A stretch of 61,405 bases of DNA, the filler included, from Choristocarpus tenellus KU-1152 (lineage: Eukaryota; Protista; Phaeophyceae): assembly GCA_964200185.2 (NCBI GenBank). It is 9 parts of 9 records of this genome, joined end to end, with 100 filler letters (N's around TTAATTAATTAA, not from the genome) between each part and the next. Parts side by side here need not be neighbours in the genome. Positions count along the whole stretch, not along the records: positions 56,389 to 61,405 come from CAXNAD020012150.1; 8 more parts are not named here. The stretch is one strand, 5' to 3'. Below, in pieces: positions 61,203 to 61,405 of this stretch; positions within the stretch are counted from its first letter, which is position 1, and every line of letters begins with the position of its first letter. The notes beneath the pieces were generated by a model. That model was not told where the DNA came from, made no database searches, and saw only the letters and a list, made by a program, of their open reading frames with translations. A program made the position numbers and the translations under genes.

Positions 61203-61389
61203 GGCTCAAAGTATCTGGGGGGGGGGGGGTGGCGGCTGTCCAGTTGGGGTCAATTTTTTTATTTCTCAATTTTCGGGTGATTTGGTTGCATACGTCGGAT
61301 GGATAATGTAAGTGCACTTTTCCTGATTTTGGTCCAAAATGGACACCCTGGTGTAAGCCCCTCCCCCCCCCCCCAAGATACTTTGGGTC
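61203..61389 (+). mobile_element. MITE family A, full copy
   Basis: Consensus TIRs; 4-bp TSD TCTA. Confidence 0.92.
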
Positions 61390-61405
61390 TCTAACTGTAC
61401 GAGCC

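Overview
Eukaryotic, intron-rich nuclear DNA. A stramenopile/brown-alga-like host is inferred from transposon protein styles and intron density, not proven. The window is nine unrelated contigs joined by artificial 100-bp N44-TTAATTAATTAA-N44 spacers (9662-9761, 15813-15912, 21512-21611, 27389-27488, 32225-32324, 46339-46438, 49705-49804, 56289-56388), so no linkage can be read across spacers. Partial host genes: a very divergent dynein heavy chain-like gene, UMP1/POMP, 6-phosphogluconolactonase, an ERK7/MAPK15-like kinase and a rearranged palindromic NUP50-like pseudogene. Mobile DNA is dense: more than 25 MITE copies or fragments in four families sharing a GAGTCAAAG-like terminus with mixed 3/4-bp TSDs, two decayed DD40D mariners with Stowaway-type TIRs, a pogo relic, a CRE-type LINE tail and tRNA-derived SINE heads. 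Highlights: (1) a spliced ParB/Srx-fold (DGNHR) gene head-to-head with a Cys-rich ORF across a graded 159/270-bp tandem array; (2) a decayed AT-rich fragment resembling Rickettsiaceae plasmid DnaA_N proteins inside a host contig; (3) MITE TIRs that carry GT..AG splice signals in both orientations; (4) a fold-back inverted duplication of a NUP50-like gene. All homology calls are from motif recognition by eye; no searches were run.
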